Source: Octopus sinensis (taxonomy: Eukaryota). Taken from it: 64,000 nt of DNA. Positions 11,350 through 22,800 of the stretch are shown here, one piece after another. Each line of letters starts with the position of its first letter. The first letter of the stretch is position 1. The notes beneath the pieces are model-generated. The model saw only the letters and a list, made by a program, of their open reading frames with translations, was not told where the DNA came from and searched no databases. The DNA is taken from NCBI RefSeq assembly GCF_006345805.1, contig NC_043002.1, positions 44,578,001 to 44,642,000 on the forward strand. Direction: 5' to 3'. The position numbers were made by a program, and so were the translations under genes.

Positions 11350-12030
11350 GAGCAGTTCTCATGAGCATTATTTTTAAGAAATTTCCATCTTTGGATTTCC
11401 TGGTATCTGAGTTAGGTAGAAATCAGTCCGTTTTGCTAGGGCACCCATGATAACAGCTATTGTTTTAGTCTTAAGGTTCCACATTTTGCCAATTTCTATT
11501 TCAAGATCTTTATACTTGCTCAGTTTTTGGTAGGTCTTGGCAGATACATTTATGTTGATTGGGACAGTCATATAAATGACAAGGCACGATTTTTGTCTGA
11601 AGTCATTCAATATAATGTCTCGCCTATTCGCATCTACATTTCTGCCAGTTTAAACGCTGAGGTTCCAGAGGAGTGAGATGTGGTCATTTTCAAACACTGG
11701 AGGTAGTTTGTGTTCCGACCAGTTTTTTATCATGGGGTAGATCCCATCATTGCAAATTACCCAGTGAATATACTGCGTTGCTCTATCATGCTTGTTGGGA
11801 TACTCTATAGGTGCAATAAATTTGCATATAAAAATAATATGCTTGATGGTCTCATAAACGACATGGGCTACGGCCGTTCTTTACCGTTGGTCTGGTAGCT
11901 TCCTGTAGGCAGGCATTGATCGTGGGCTCCTATGATAAAGCTTTCTGCCTCTGTTTTTCCGCTAGAAGACACTAACCATTAATGCTTTGTCAACATCAGC
12001 ATAATTTGATTCCTTTGGGTATTTGTCCTT
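11350..12030 (-). mobile_element. R4/Dong-like family B 3' fragment
   Basis: VSAKTYQKLSKYKDLEIEIGKMWNLKTKT; ENDHISLLWNLS; same family as 57717-60405. Confidence 0.85.
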
Positions 12031-12034
12031 AAGA

Positions 12035-12157
12035 GGGTGGTGAGCTGGCACGCCAGGCATATGCTTAGCAGCATTTCGTCCGTCTTTAAATCCTGAGTTC
12101 AAATTCCGTTGCGGTCGACTTTGTCATTTATCCTTTCGGTGTCGATAAATTAAGTAC
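12035..12157 (+). mobile_element. tRNA-derived SINE (GGCGAGCTGGCAG.../GTCGATAAATTAAGTAC family), partial
   Basis: Shares GAGTTCAAATTCC..GTCGACTTT..TCCTTTCGG.GTCGATAAA with copies at 15088, 16671, 30462 and 35131. Confidence 0.7.
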
Positions 12158-12719
12158 ATAAAATAGTAACCTCTCTTTATTACCTACCGGTGCATTGATG
12201 AGGAGGACATCACAAGGATCGTCAACAGTTTTTGTAGAGATTTACATAAAAGATGCGGAGAAAGAAATGACAGTGAATTGCCATACTCACTCATCCTTTC
12301 TTTTTTCACAAATTCACTCATTTCCTTTTCCAAATTGAGTTTTAAAAATTCGATGAAGGTTTCACCGAATCAGAAGGTGTCTCTCTTCAACTCTTTCGAC
12401 CTTGTCTACCACACTCTTTTGCCTTAGCCAACATACAGAGTTACACCGCCTGTTCTGTTTTGTTAAATGTGGGTGGTGGAGCGATCTACACTATTCATTC
12501 AGCTGATTGTCTGATGCGCTCCACATGCGATAACTGAACAAGAGATCCTCGCTTATCATTTTCCGCCAATAGCTCTGTAATAGAACGAACAATTCCATTC
12601 CAATCCAAAATGATTTTATCAACAATAGGGTTAAAATAAAGTCAATGTAGCACCAACACCAAGAAGAGTAAAATAGTTTTGATTTGGTGGAAAAGATTGT
12701 TTAAAATAATGACCACAAC

Positions 12720-13400
12720 ACTGGAACAATAGCAAAAGAATAAAATTACACAGTGCCAAAATTACAATTAAAAGGTACCAGAACATAAAATTCCAAACTT
12801 GCAGTAGAATTCAATAAGCACGCAAGGTACTAGTAGAAAAATGTACTAGAGGTACTAGAGGACCCACAGTCAACATGCATATACTTTGGAATCAATGAAT
12901 GATGTATTCGAGAACATACAAAACAGAAAGCAAAGATTAGAAAAGAAGTTTTAGACACCGTAGATTAATATTAAAATTAACATAAATGCAAAAAGGAATA
13001 CGACAATACCCTATATTCTACTTACCCTAATAATATGTTATAGATATACTCTGGAGTGGGGGTGGTAAGCGAGTTACAAAAACAGAAAAATAATATAGTG
13101 ATAGCATCTAGAACACACCGCCCAAAATCAGATATTTATAGTTATAATATTTATAGAGATTCTATTTATCGAAAATACAAAGGGACTCGATAATCTAGAA
13201 ATCTATCGTAAAATATCCACTGTTGGACTACAAAAGTGTCCAGAAAAGAATGGAAAATTTAATAAAAGATTACAAAACACGAGCAAAAAGAAATAATTGT
13301 TTTTTATCATTAAATAAACCAACTTTTACAAAGCAGGGTGTCACACGTAGGTAGTTATAAGAAAATAAGAAGCAACAACGGATAATTTAAAAGAGCTAAC
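12720..13400 (+). mobile_element. Very decayed R4/Dong-like RT fragment
   Basis: Remnant YFGINE, KIRKEVL and GGR-like motifs. Confidence 0.35.
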
Positions 13401-15087
13401 GAGTAAACTAAAAATGAGGCCATAAAAGGAATCCCTTATGTGATCCATACCTGAAAATATGAAATGGACATAGGTGGACAAAAAAAAGAAGGGTAGAGGA
13501 AGTAATGGTCTTGTCCTCCGTTTCCGGATTGGAAAACTGGGCAGCCAAGCACCTCAATAAGAAAATTGGCATCCGCGACAATTGATGAGGAGAGAGAGAT
13601 GTGAGGCTGAATAAGTTTGTATGTAGATAACAAAACGAAGGCAAGAAGAAGAAGAAGAAGAAGAAGAAGAAAAAATAAGAAGAACTAAGTCGAAGGAGCC
13701 TTAAACACCACATGCTATGTAAAAACTGCTACTTGGATATAGGATTACTATAAAAGCCTTCCTGTATTTCTTTTGACTATTATGTATGAGAACGTCAGAT
13801 TTATTTTCGCTCTGTTTATCTGCGAAATGATTTTATTCATTACCATATTATATTAATCCATTTATTTCGGTTGGTTGAATCAATATTCTGCTTCTAATGA
13901 CGACAAATAATATTTCACTTTTAATTCTTCAAAGTGAATGAAGAACAGTGGAACACAACCTCCAAATCATAGAGCCTTAAGACTAACTTATAACGATTTG
14001 TGTAGCTGTAAAACTCGGTAAATCATGAAATTCTATATCATTTACCAACGTGATGATGGCTTCGTATCATTGATAGAATACTTATCAAAAATTAGGACTC
14101 ATATTGAAGAACATTACTTTTGTTCTATTAGAAAGTTACGCAAGGAATTGTACTTAATGTGAAACATTTACTTTCTAAACGATTTTCTAAGCAATTAGAA
14201 CATGCTTTTGGATGAGAGCATCACACTGCACGTTATTTTAGCATATTCTACTCAGCTTCTTTTGTTTGTTTCTCAAAGATTTTCTCTCAATATCACTACT
14301 GCCTAGGTTTCTTAGAAGAAAATAACACAAAAATGAAAACGTAACAGAAAGAAATAGCAAGGAAACAAATACACTCGCAATGCGACATATGAAAACGAAA
14401 TTTTGCAAAATATGAACTCAAGTGCTAGTAACAACAACAATCAAAACTTGCGTGATAACAACGCAGGTACTAATAATACATCTTTCGTGAGAATTGCAAG
14501 CGAAAACACCTTTTAGACGAGGATCGAATGTAGCCAAAGAAAAAGTGTTTCGGAGCGGTGTATTGCAAAATGTGTGCTTTATTGCCTGTCGGATTTATCC
14601 AAAACAGTAATATGACATAGCTTTGTTTCAGAAAAACCGAAAGGCGATTTATATATATATATTGAAAGGAACAGTTAAAATATTTTTATGCGGTGTAATG
14701 TACGACCTAAGCAACTTTGGTAACGGTAAGACATGGATGTGTGGATCACATATTCAGAACTAAGAATGAGGTAAGAAACCTGGACAAACTGGTGCACCAT
14801 GTAATTGGCTATTAGCAGATGCGACTGTACATGGGTTGGTGAAGCATGAGAGTTACACCTAGTGACATTTGTCAGGGCCCGTGCCTTGTTGTTCCTTGTG
14901 TGGAACAAAAGGGCAAGTGGATAATGTGAAAACCTAGATGATGGATTCTCACCTGCGTTTGATTTGCCCTTTTCTGTCTGTATTTTGATCCGTTTACATG
15001 TATTTAAGTATTTCTGTAATTTCTGTAATTTAGTAGTAGTAGTAGGAGGAGGAGGAGGGGCAGCATCACCAGCAGCACGAGCAGTAC

Positions 15088-15290
15088 GGCGGCGAGTTGG
15101 CAGTCTTGTTAGCAGTTCGGAGAAAATGCCTAGCAGCATTTCTTCCAGCTATTTGTGTTCTGTGTTCAAAAAATCCACCGACGTCGATTTTGCCTTTCAT
15201 CCTCTCGGGGTCGATAAACTAATGTAGCAGCCAAGTACTAGGCTTGATGTAATCGACTTGCCACACATAATAAAATTGCTGGTCTTGTGC
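15088..15290 (+). mobile_element. tRNA-derived SINE (same family as 12035)
   Basis: GGCGGCGAGTTGGCAG head and TTTCATCCTCTCGGGGTCGATAAA core. Confidence 0.7.
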
Positions 15291-15916
15291 AGCGATATGA
15301 CTCCATTTCTGATATTTTTGTTGTTGTTGAATGGTGGACGTGCTTTTTTTCTACTGATAAAAGATTAGTTATTTTTGTTGTAAATACTCCATTTCGCTTT
15401 TTTCGGGGAGTGGGGTTGAGGAACTTCAATACTTGAAGAGAGGCACAGTAGACGTACAACCTAAGGAGACAGTCTCTGACAGAAAAAAATTTCACAATAT
15501 CGTAAAATTTTGTGCTTTAAAATCATGGTTACACCAGAGCGCACGCTGGCTACATACTATACAATGGTAATTAAAACAAAATCAGTAGCTGCAACAATAG
15601 TAAGAACAACAACAATAACAGCAACAGCAACATCAACAATAGCGAAAGCGACGACAAAGTAAGTGGTGTGGTGTGAGTGATTCCCGGGCAAGCAAACGTT
15701 TGCTCATATGGAGGTGAAATCAGCAAAATATTTCTCACTTCCCCGTTAATGACGGCAGCACACATAAATGGGGCAGCACAATTTGTGAACATTAAAGATG
15801 AGAGCCCAAGTTTCAATCTAACCGGGGTTTTGGCAGCAAATAACGGAAAACGGTGCTCTACCGCTGTGTGTCAGCAAAGCCAAGTTTCTCTCTCTCTTTC
15901 CTTCTTTCCTCTCATA

Positions 15917-15966
<50 letters not shown>

Positions 15967-16015
15967 CTCTCACAACGACAATTAAAACAAAAACAGTAGT
16001 ACATCACCTCCTTAC

Positions 16016-16560
16016 CTACATCTAATCTTTCCGAGATAGAAACCTGGTCTTCCGTGGAGAATGGTTCACCAAGAAAATTAAAAGAAAAACAAAGATAGAA
16101 TAAAGGGGAATTATAAAAAATGAAACATACACTCTCGATAACCTCACACTCAAAAAAACCAAAGAAATTCACAGCACGAACCCCACACCACCGTCGCCGA
16201 CATCTACGATAATAAAAAGAAAACGCACCGAAGCAATACCAATAAACAGACACATAACAACGAAAGAACGCTCATACTTCAGATTTTATATTGATACGGT
16301 GCATGAATCAAAAACTGATGTCCCTTATCACATAAAAGGGAACAGTGGTCTTTAGACCAGTAGCGCGCTAAGAGCGATAAGGCACAAGAAAAGCGAAAGA
16401 ATTTAAGGATTGAGCATCGTGTATTATTCTCTTGCAACCATTTAACATAGTATGTAGGTTCATGTTTTAACTTAATTTTAGTTGTTTGTGCGGGTGCCAA
16501 TAATTTAGAATTTTATCATTGATGCGTATGATGCTACGCTAGAGTTGAAGCGTTAGCTGC
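16016..16560 (-). promoter_or_regulatory. Possible 5' non-coding first exon and promoter of a leftward host transcript
   Basis: Strong donor TAG|GTAAGG with the intron starting at 16015; local CpG enrichment at ~16180-16560; no TE motifs recognised; (CT)n and CAA-rich tracts follow in the putative intron. Confidence 0.25.
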
Positions 16561-16670
16561 GTTATTTTATGACTTGTGGTTGTTTTTCACATATCTTCTG
16601 TCAGCCATAAGTTGCAAAGTAGTTGGTAAGTATGGGACATGCAAGGCTCCATATTATTATTTGGCATTTT

Positions 16671-16885
16671 AGGAGAGCAAGCTAACAGAATCATTAGCGC
16701 ACCGGACAAAATACTTTACAGCATTTCTTGTTTTTAGATTCTGAATCCAAATATCACTAATGTCGATTTTACCCTTTTATCTTTTCGGGTTTCATAAAAT
16801 AAGTACCAGTTAAATACTCAGGTTAATGTAACCTATTGCCCCCCCACCACCACACACACACATCTTAACAATGCTGGCCTGTGCC
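16671..16885 (+). mobile_element. Decayed tRNA-derived SINE (same family as 12035)
   Basis: AGCTAACAGAATCATTAGC head; GTCGATTTT...TAAGTACCAGT core. Confidence 0.55.
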
Positions 16886-16988
16886 ATAATTTGAGACCAT
16901 AATTGTGTCACATTTCTGTAGATTATGAGTAGTATATTCTTTGTAATACACGGTGTGTGTCATAGTGTTGGATACCGTTTATGTAAAA

Positions 16989-17370
16989 CTAGCAGTATCG
17001 CTCGGCGTTGCTCGGGTTTGTAAGGGAAATAACTATAAAGCATTTTTAGAGAGTTATAGCCAAAAAATAGCAAAAAAATGGAAAAAAAATGATGGTAAAT
17101 TTTTTGAGAGTTAAAAAAGGTGGAGTTGCGTCCCCTAGACGGTCTGTGGTTTGGGTTTATGATTCTCGACCCCATGTCGAATTTATCGATTTTTTTCAGA
17201 ACTGGGGGAACTTTTCAAAGTTTTCGCTGCGTTAGTTTTGAATTATGACATTGGGCTATGTGTGTGTCAAGTTTCATCAGAATCGGTTGAAAGCCGTGGT
17301 CAGAGTGAGGGTACAAGTAAACAGACACACAGAAAACGCACAGACAAACTGCCGTTTATATAGAGAGAGA
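16989..17370 (-). mobile_element. Non-autonomous Helitron
   Basis: Minus strand starts A|TC at 17371/17370 and ends with the imperfect hairpin CCCGAGCAACGCCGAG, a short spacer and CTAG|T; no TSD. Confidence 0.75.
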
Positions 17371-17599
17371 TATACCTAGTAACATTTTATTACGTGGTTA
17401 TTTTGAAGACAGTGTATAATAAGCATTGGTATGATTTACTCTTTTTGTGTCTTTTTTTACCATATCAATCCCTCCTAATGTTTATTTTACACCGTGTTTA
17501 TTTGCATTTGAAGATCCTTTCACTTCAACAGTTTTTCTACATGTTTCTTGGCAATATTTTAATTACAAGAGACTGAGGTGTGCAACAAATTGCAAAGAA

Positions 17600-18340
17600 C
17601 TCATTTGTTATGTCTGATAAAGATATCTTTTAATTTCTTTCTGGGAAGATTGTATTCCTTTTTCGCATTTTTGTAATCAAGAATCACATGCTATACTTCT
17701 CAGATGGAACTACAACTTTTCTTCGTCTAATACGGCTCAGTTCTTCTCGGGTATTGGCTATTTTAATATGGTACACCGTTTCCCTAAATTTTATTTAGTT
17801 TCTAGCTTTTGTTTAAATTTCTTCCGGTGTTTCTCACTTCACCGGGCAGCTGCCTGTCACTTCATCTTCTGTGTATGTTGACACCCATGAAGGTATAAGT
17901 AGGTTTTTCTATTTCTTTGCACGCATTTTACAATAATTTGTACTATTTATTATCGTTTATTCTGAGATATTTGTTAGTCCTGAATTGGATATTTTACAGA
18001 AAGCCTCAACTTCACATTTTACGCGTTATAGTTGTTTTATTTCAGAGTTTAACTAACGTGTTAAAATGAATGAGCGCCTTAGTTTTATTTTATGTTTCGT
18101 TGTACTCATTCTTTTAGCATGCATTTGCTTTTGCATTTGAGTATTGCATTGAATACGTTTATAATACTCCTCCTTAACCATTTATTTCATTTGACAACTT
18201 GTGCGTTGATTATAAGGTATTTGTACACCTGTGTTTCATCTAACTCTTTTATATCTATTTCTTCATTGAGCGTGATATCAGTATTCTCAATAAATTTTAT
18301 TCTAATCCGAATCTCATCAATTCTTCCAGGAAATCAGCAT
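17600..18340 (-). mobile_element. Decayed R4/Dong-like RT fragment
   Basis: ITLNEEIDIKELDETQVYKYL and KEEYYKRIQ on the minus strand. Confidence 0.6.
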
Positions 18341-18519
18341 GGGTTTCGTAACAGTGATATCAGTTGTTTATCACATGCAATAACAGAGCTGAGCAACAAG
18401 TATCAGAACTGTTGCTATAGTAGCAGAATTATAGTACGCAGAGTGAACCTGCTTTGTACAGATTATCCTTGGACTCTCTCACCTCGGCCACACAATTTTA
18501 TAATATTCTCCCTCATTTT

Positions 18520-18945
18520 CCTTGTTTATAGTAGTGCTTGGAAGTAAAGTTTGTAGTATGTGGTCGTCTCAAAAAGAAGATCGGATCTCAGTTGCCAAGG
18601 ATCTCTTTGATTATGTCGAGGAAGACGAACACTTTTTGAAAACGGTTATAACAAGTGACGAATCGTGGGTCTATGGCTATGATTTCAAAACCATGACTCA
18701 GTCTTCGCAGTAGAAGTTCCCAAACAAGATTTCAACACATCGGAGAAATCCAAGAGGAGACGTGGCAGCTGCTCTCTATACTCAAAAAGGAGTTCCAAGA
18801 ATTCGCCCTTGAATTGAAACGATGCTGAATGAGGCATATTGCTTCAGAAGGGAATTATTTCGCAGGTGATTACATAGTGAATTGGTATGTGTTGTAGTTT
18901 TCCTTTTATAGCAACAGTCCCGATAATTTGTGGTCCGACCTCGTA
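18520..18945 (+). mobile_element. mariner transposon remnant (internally deleted)
   Basis: FLKTVITSDESWVYGYDFKTMTQSSQ (first catalytic D region of mariner); right end ...GGTCCGACCTCG|TA. Confidence 0.75.
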
Positions 18946-19599
18946 TATTACGCGAAATTGTCGCTCTAAAAAAGACCACGCTTTGTTCTATAACTTTTGT
19001 CCACTTTTGTTTAACATATTGGATAAAGATGCAGGCACACAACAACAAAGAGTGAGAAGAAAAGTTCTTTTAGAATATTCTAACATAGAAAGGTTTGGGT
19101 TGTTTTTGATAACACCGTCTTTTTCTCTACATCTACGGGATTTGTAGCTTTTTGCGTCTAATGGGGCATATATTTGCGTATTCGTTTTGGCTAATATTTC
19201 ACAGGTCGGAAAATGTAATAAACCTTCTGTAATGTCATGCTTAGACTTTTGTTCCTCCTACAGCTTTTGGTTACTGCTCTGTTTATATGTAATCGGTCTC
19301 ATTTTGCCATGTATACCTTTACAGAATCACTTTTGCTCGTTTGAAAATATTTTTCCTGAACTCTATTTCTATGAAATACAAATACTATTGTATTTAATGC
19401 TTTGTAAACTGCAAGAATGCATCATTTAGAATTAACCTTCACTTCAATGTTGAGAATTCAAATGGTATAAATTAAAAAAAAAAAACTACTTTATAAATAA
19501 AACCATTTCTATATTTATGGAATATTTAGCAATCACCTTGCTGTTTTATATGTTGCTAACATTTAGCTGTGTGATAGTTGCAATATGCAGGATACAGGG

Positions 19600-22500
19600 C
19601 AGCTGATATGGACTCTCTAGAATTCATTCATAATTTAGCAGTCACATTCCGCGCTAATCAATTTACTGTCGATACCCGTCTCTGGAATTCGTATACTTCT
19701 CTTACTGGCAGTGTATTAATTTCAATCTTATTTTTACCCAGTCTTCGATACAAAATGTTTGTTTGGTTCCATGACTTGATATCGCGTTTCTTACAGACAA
19801 AGACTTTGCGATTTAGTGTATCTTCTAGGAGTTTTTCATTTCGCGTAACTGTCTTTTCAAATATTTTATACCATATCTCTATAGCGCTTGCCGTTCCTTT
19901 CTTTATTATTGTCTTTCAAATAATGATTGAGAAAACCATTATTTATTTCTTTGTGTATACTTCATTCTTTTCTTTCTATATTCCTATATGAAACTATCTT
20001 AAGGAGTGGATGAGTATTTATTTTCTACAATAACAAGACCGGCTGCTACAGCATATTTCGTTGAATCTGGTAATATCATCATTCGGGTTATTTTCATTAG
20101 GTCTGTGATAGTCTGGTTAACCTTTTTATTGATTTTATTATTTCATAGCTAAGTTTTAAAAATAATAGGTATTTCTGTTGATTCGTAAAACGTTATGTTC
20201 ATTTAAGTTATTAAACAAGTATAAACTATAGTATCATAATCGTGATTTCTACCTTTAGAATTTTTTTTATTTTTAAATCTTTATCACATTACTTTTCATG
20301 TTTATATTTTATGTGAGATGGTGTTCGTCACTATCCGCAGAGAACTTAGGGCTGAGTTATATTGATGTTTTGATGTTACCTTCGTTTTTTGTTTTTTTTT
20401 TGCTGATGTGAGGTCTATCTTCGTGTTTTACTTGCACGTAGTTTGTTTTATTGATTTGCCTTACTTCAGTGCATGTGCGTTTTACTTATGTATTCTGATG
20501 TATTTTAATTTTAAGTTTTCCATTTCGATTTAAGGTATATTGTTCATTTTTACTAAATGGCCATATGCTCTGTAAATGTCGAGGATCAAACACTGACTTG
20601 TATATGCATTTAATATGCTTTTGCAGATTCGAACACGTTTCTTCATCGTGGCGTCCCGTAAGCAAAAAACTGACTAACGGATCTAAGAAGCCTAATAAAT
20701 TGAACAAGTGTTTACGGGTCTTCGGCATATTTCTTATGAGTGCTGGTATCTATAAACCGATAATAAATCGTCACGTGCACGGGGAAGTCAAAAATCAAGA
20801 CGACGGGTTGCATGATCAGTCTTAATACGTTCCAACATATTCGAATAGAGATATGCTAATCGCAATTGTATCTTGTCATTGGAGACCAATTTTATTCTGC
20901 GTTGGCAGATATCAGCATGCATCAGCAAATAATTTGTTTGCTGAAATTATAAACAAGATCCACGAACTCTTATTAGATGCATTAGTTCGAGATGCCTTTG
21001 GCTCACGGGACAAAAAGATGTCGGAACTAAGGATGTTTCAGAGTCCACTTATGTTAATGAATTGAGCATGTTCTGAACACACATTTGTCAAAAAGGAAAA
21101 GTTGTTCTTCAATGATAAATAACAACAGCAATTAGTATATATGTTTTCAAATCTGCTGGAACATATTAAGAATGAATATGCAAGTCATGTTCATTTTTAG
21201 AATAAGATCTGGGATATCTTTTCTCTAAATTTTACGCATGAATGTAATCCAAGTCGTGTTTTAGGAAAAGAATATGGATGTAAGATTTGTTTTTTCACAG
21301 AGGCGTAGTTTTTATGCAGCTGTTGTCAAATCTGCCACGTTCCGTCTTGTCACTTTTGGCGATGCTGGTCTCTGCATGCTTCCAAATGCTAACTGTTGGT
21401 TCCCCTTTTAACCTTGCGTTGGATGAGATAATCTTTATTTGCTTTGTTAATTTTTGTATATTGGCGACAAAGTATTTTTGCTTTCCTATGAAGCGTGCTT
21501 CACTTTCTTCCCATATGATTTTCGATTACCGAGCGGTATAAACATAATTATAATTATAGGAGGTAACACCATTAGTCTCACAAATTAATAGCTATATAAT
21601 TCAAGCAGTTATTCTTTCCGTCTATATTGGTTGATACTTAACAGTTATTAAAGCATGTGGGGGTGGGAAGTCAGCTTGTAGTCTATATTAAACGCAGAAC
21701 AGTTTTTTATCAAACTTTCATCGGCATTCGTAAAATACACCCCTTTTTGTTAAGGGTTCTTGTTGGTAAATGTTCAGTACCTTTCCTGCTTAGGATTTGT
21801 TTCTAAATGTTCAGTCTGTTTACGTTTTTTTGTTTCTTCTCCTTCTAGGCTCAATCTCTTTTGGTGCTGGCATATCGAACATGTCATAAAACACTTCCAT
21901 TAGAATTTCCTTCTTTTGTTCTGTATGTCTGATTTTTAATTGATTTAGGTGTCGTTTATGCTCCCATTGTTGGCCTTTTATTAAATACATCATGTTTCCC
22001 ATTCGGTCAGTCACTACACCATCCTTTCAACTCTCTTTACCTTTCTTTTATACTTTGGAATGGGCTTTGTCCTCGAGATTAAAATGTTTAGTTGAATTTT
22101 TTGTATTTTGTCTATACGTTTTTTCCTTTGGCAACAATTTGTCGAAGGTCGGTTTAATCTTTTGAGCGACCATTAGCTCAGCAGGCGACTTGTCTGAACT
22201 GGTATTCGGATTGGACGTTATGCTGTACACCCTTAAGATAAACCCTTTAGTTAGAACTTCATCATTTTCTAAAACATTACTTATTTTTTTAGCGCTCGCT
22301 TGAAATTATCTGCGAATCGTTCTGCTTGCCCATTTGACCTCGGCTGGCAGGGCGGAGTAAACATGCATTTTGCAGAATTTCTTGAACTCGTATCCCGCAA
22401 ATTATGTTCCATTGTCCGATACTATGGTGTCCGGAACACCGTATCGAGCAAACAGTTCGTGCAAGAACTTTATTGCATCATTCGATCTGTTATTCGTTAA

Positions 22501-22800
22501 ACTTTCCCTCGTGTTATCAAATCATGTATTCTTGAAAGTTTCAAGTTCGAAAACTAAAGATGTTCAAAACATGTTTTACGATTAACAGTTCGTGCATTAA
22601 TCACGTTTCAATATTTTTGAAGAGCTGATTTTATTGGAAAATGGCCTAAGGCGAATGTCTTTACTCGTGATAATAAATTTATTTTCCTGGTGTAAATATC
22701 AAAATGAATGGGAAGGAAAATGTAGTCTTGGCCATTAAACTCGAGGGATTCGGAAGTTGTTACTTCGTGGGGATTAGAAACGTGGCTTCATTTCTTTAAC
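19600..22800 (-). mobile_element. Decayed Gypsy-type LTR retrotransposon pol fragments
   Basis: Integrase GVPDTIVSDNGT*F (~22400-22440), SPAELM and YLIKGQQWEHKRHLNQLK (21820-22230); RNase H-like ILSSDIFL...NASN...ADAC*YLP..QDTIAI and KTDH (~20800-21030). No LTR recognised. Confidence 0.65.

Noticed and set aside
14025-14165. Short plus-strand ORF MKFYIIYQRDDGFVSLIEYLSKIR...
   Set aside because: Under 50 codons, no recognisable family and no convincing splice context.
18092-18547. Plus-strand ORF containing NQHGFR, an RT-like motif
   Set aside because: Mostly the antisense of an R4 RT fragment; no other RT motifs follow, so the match is treated as coincidental.
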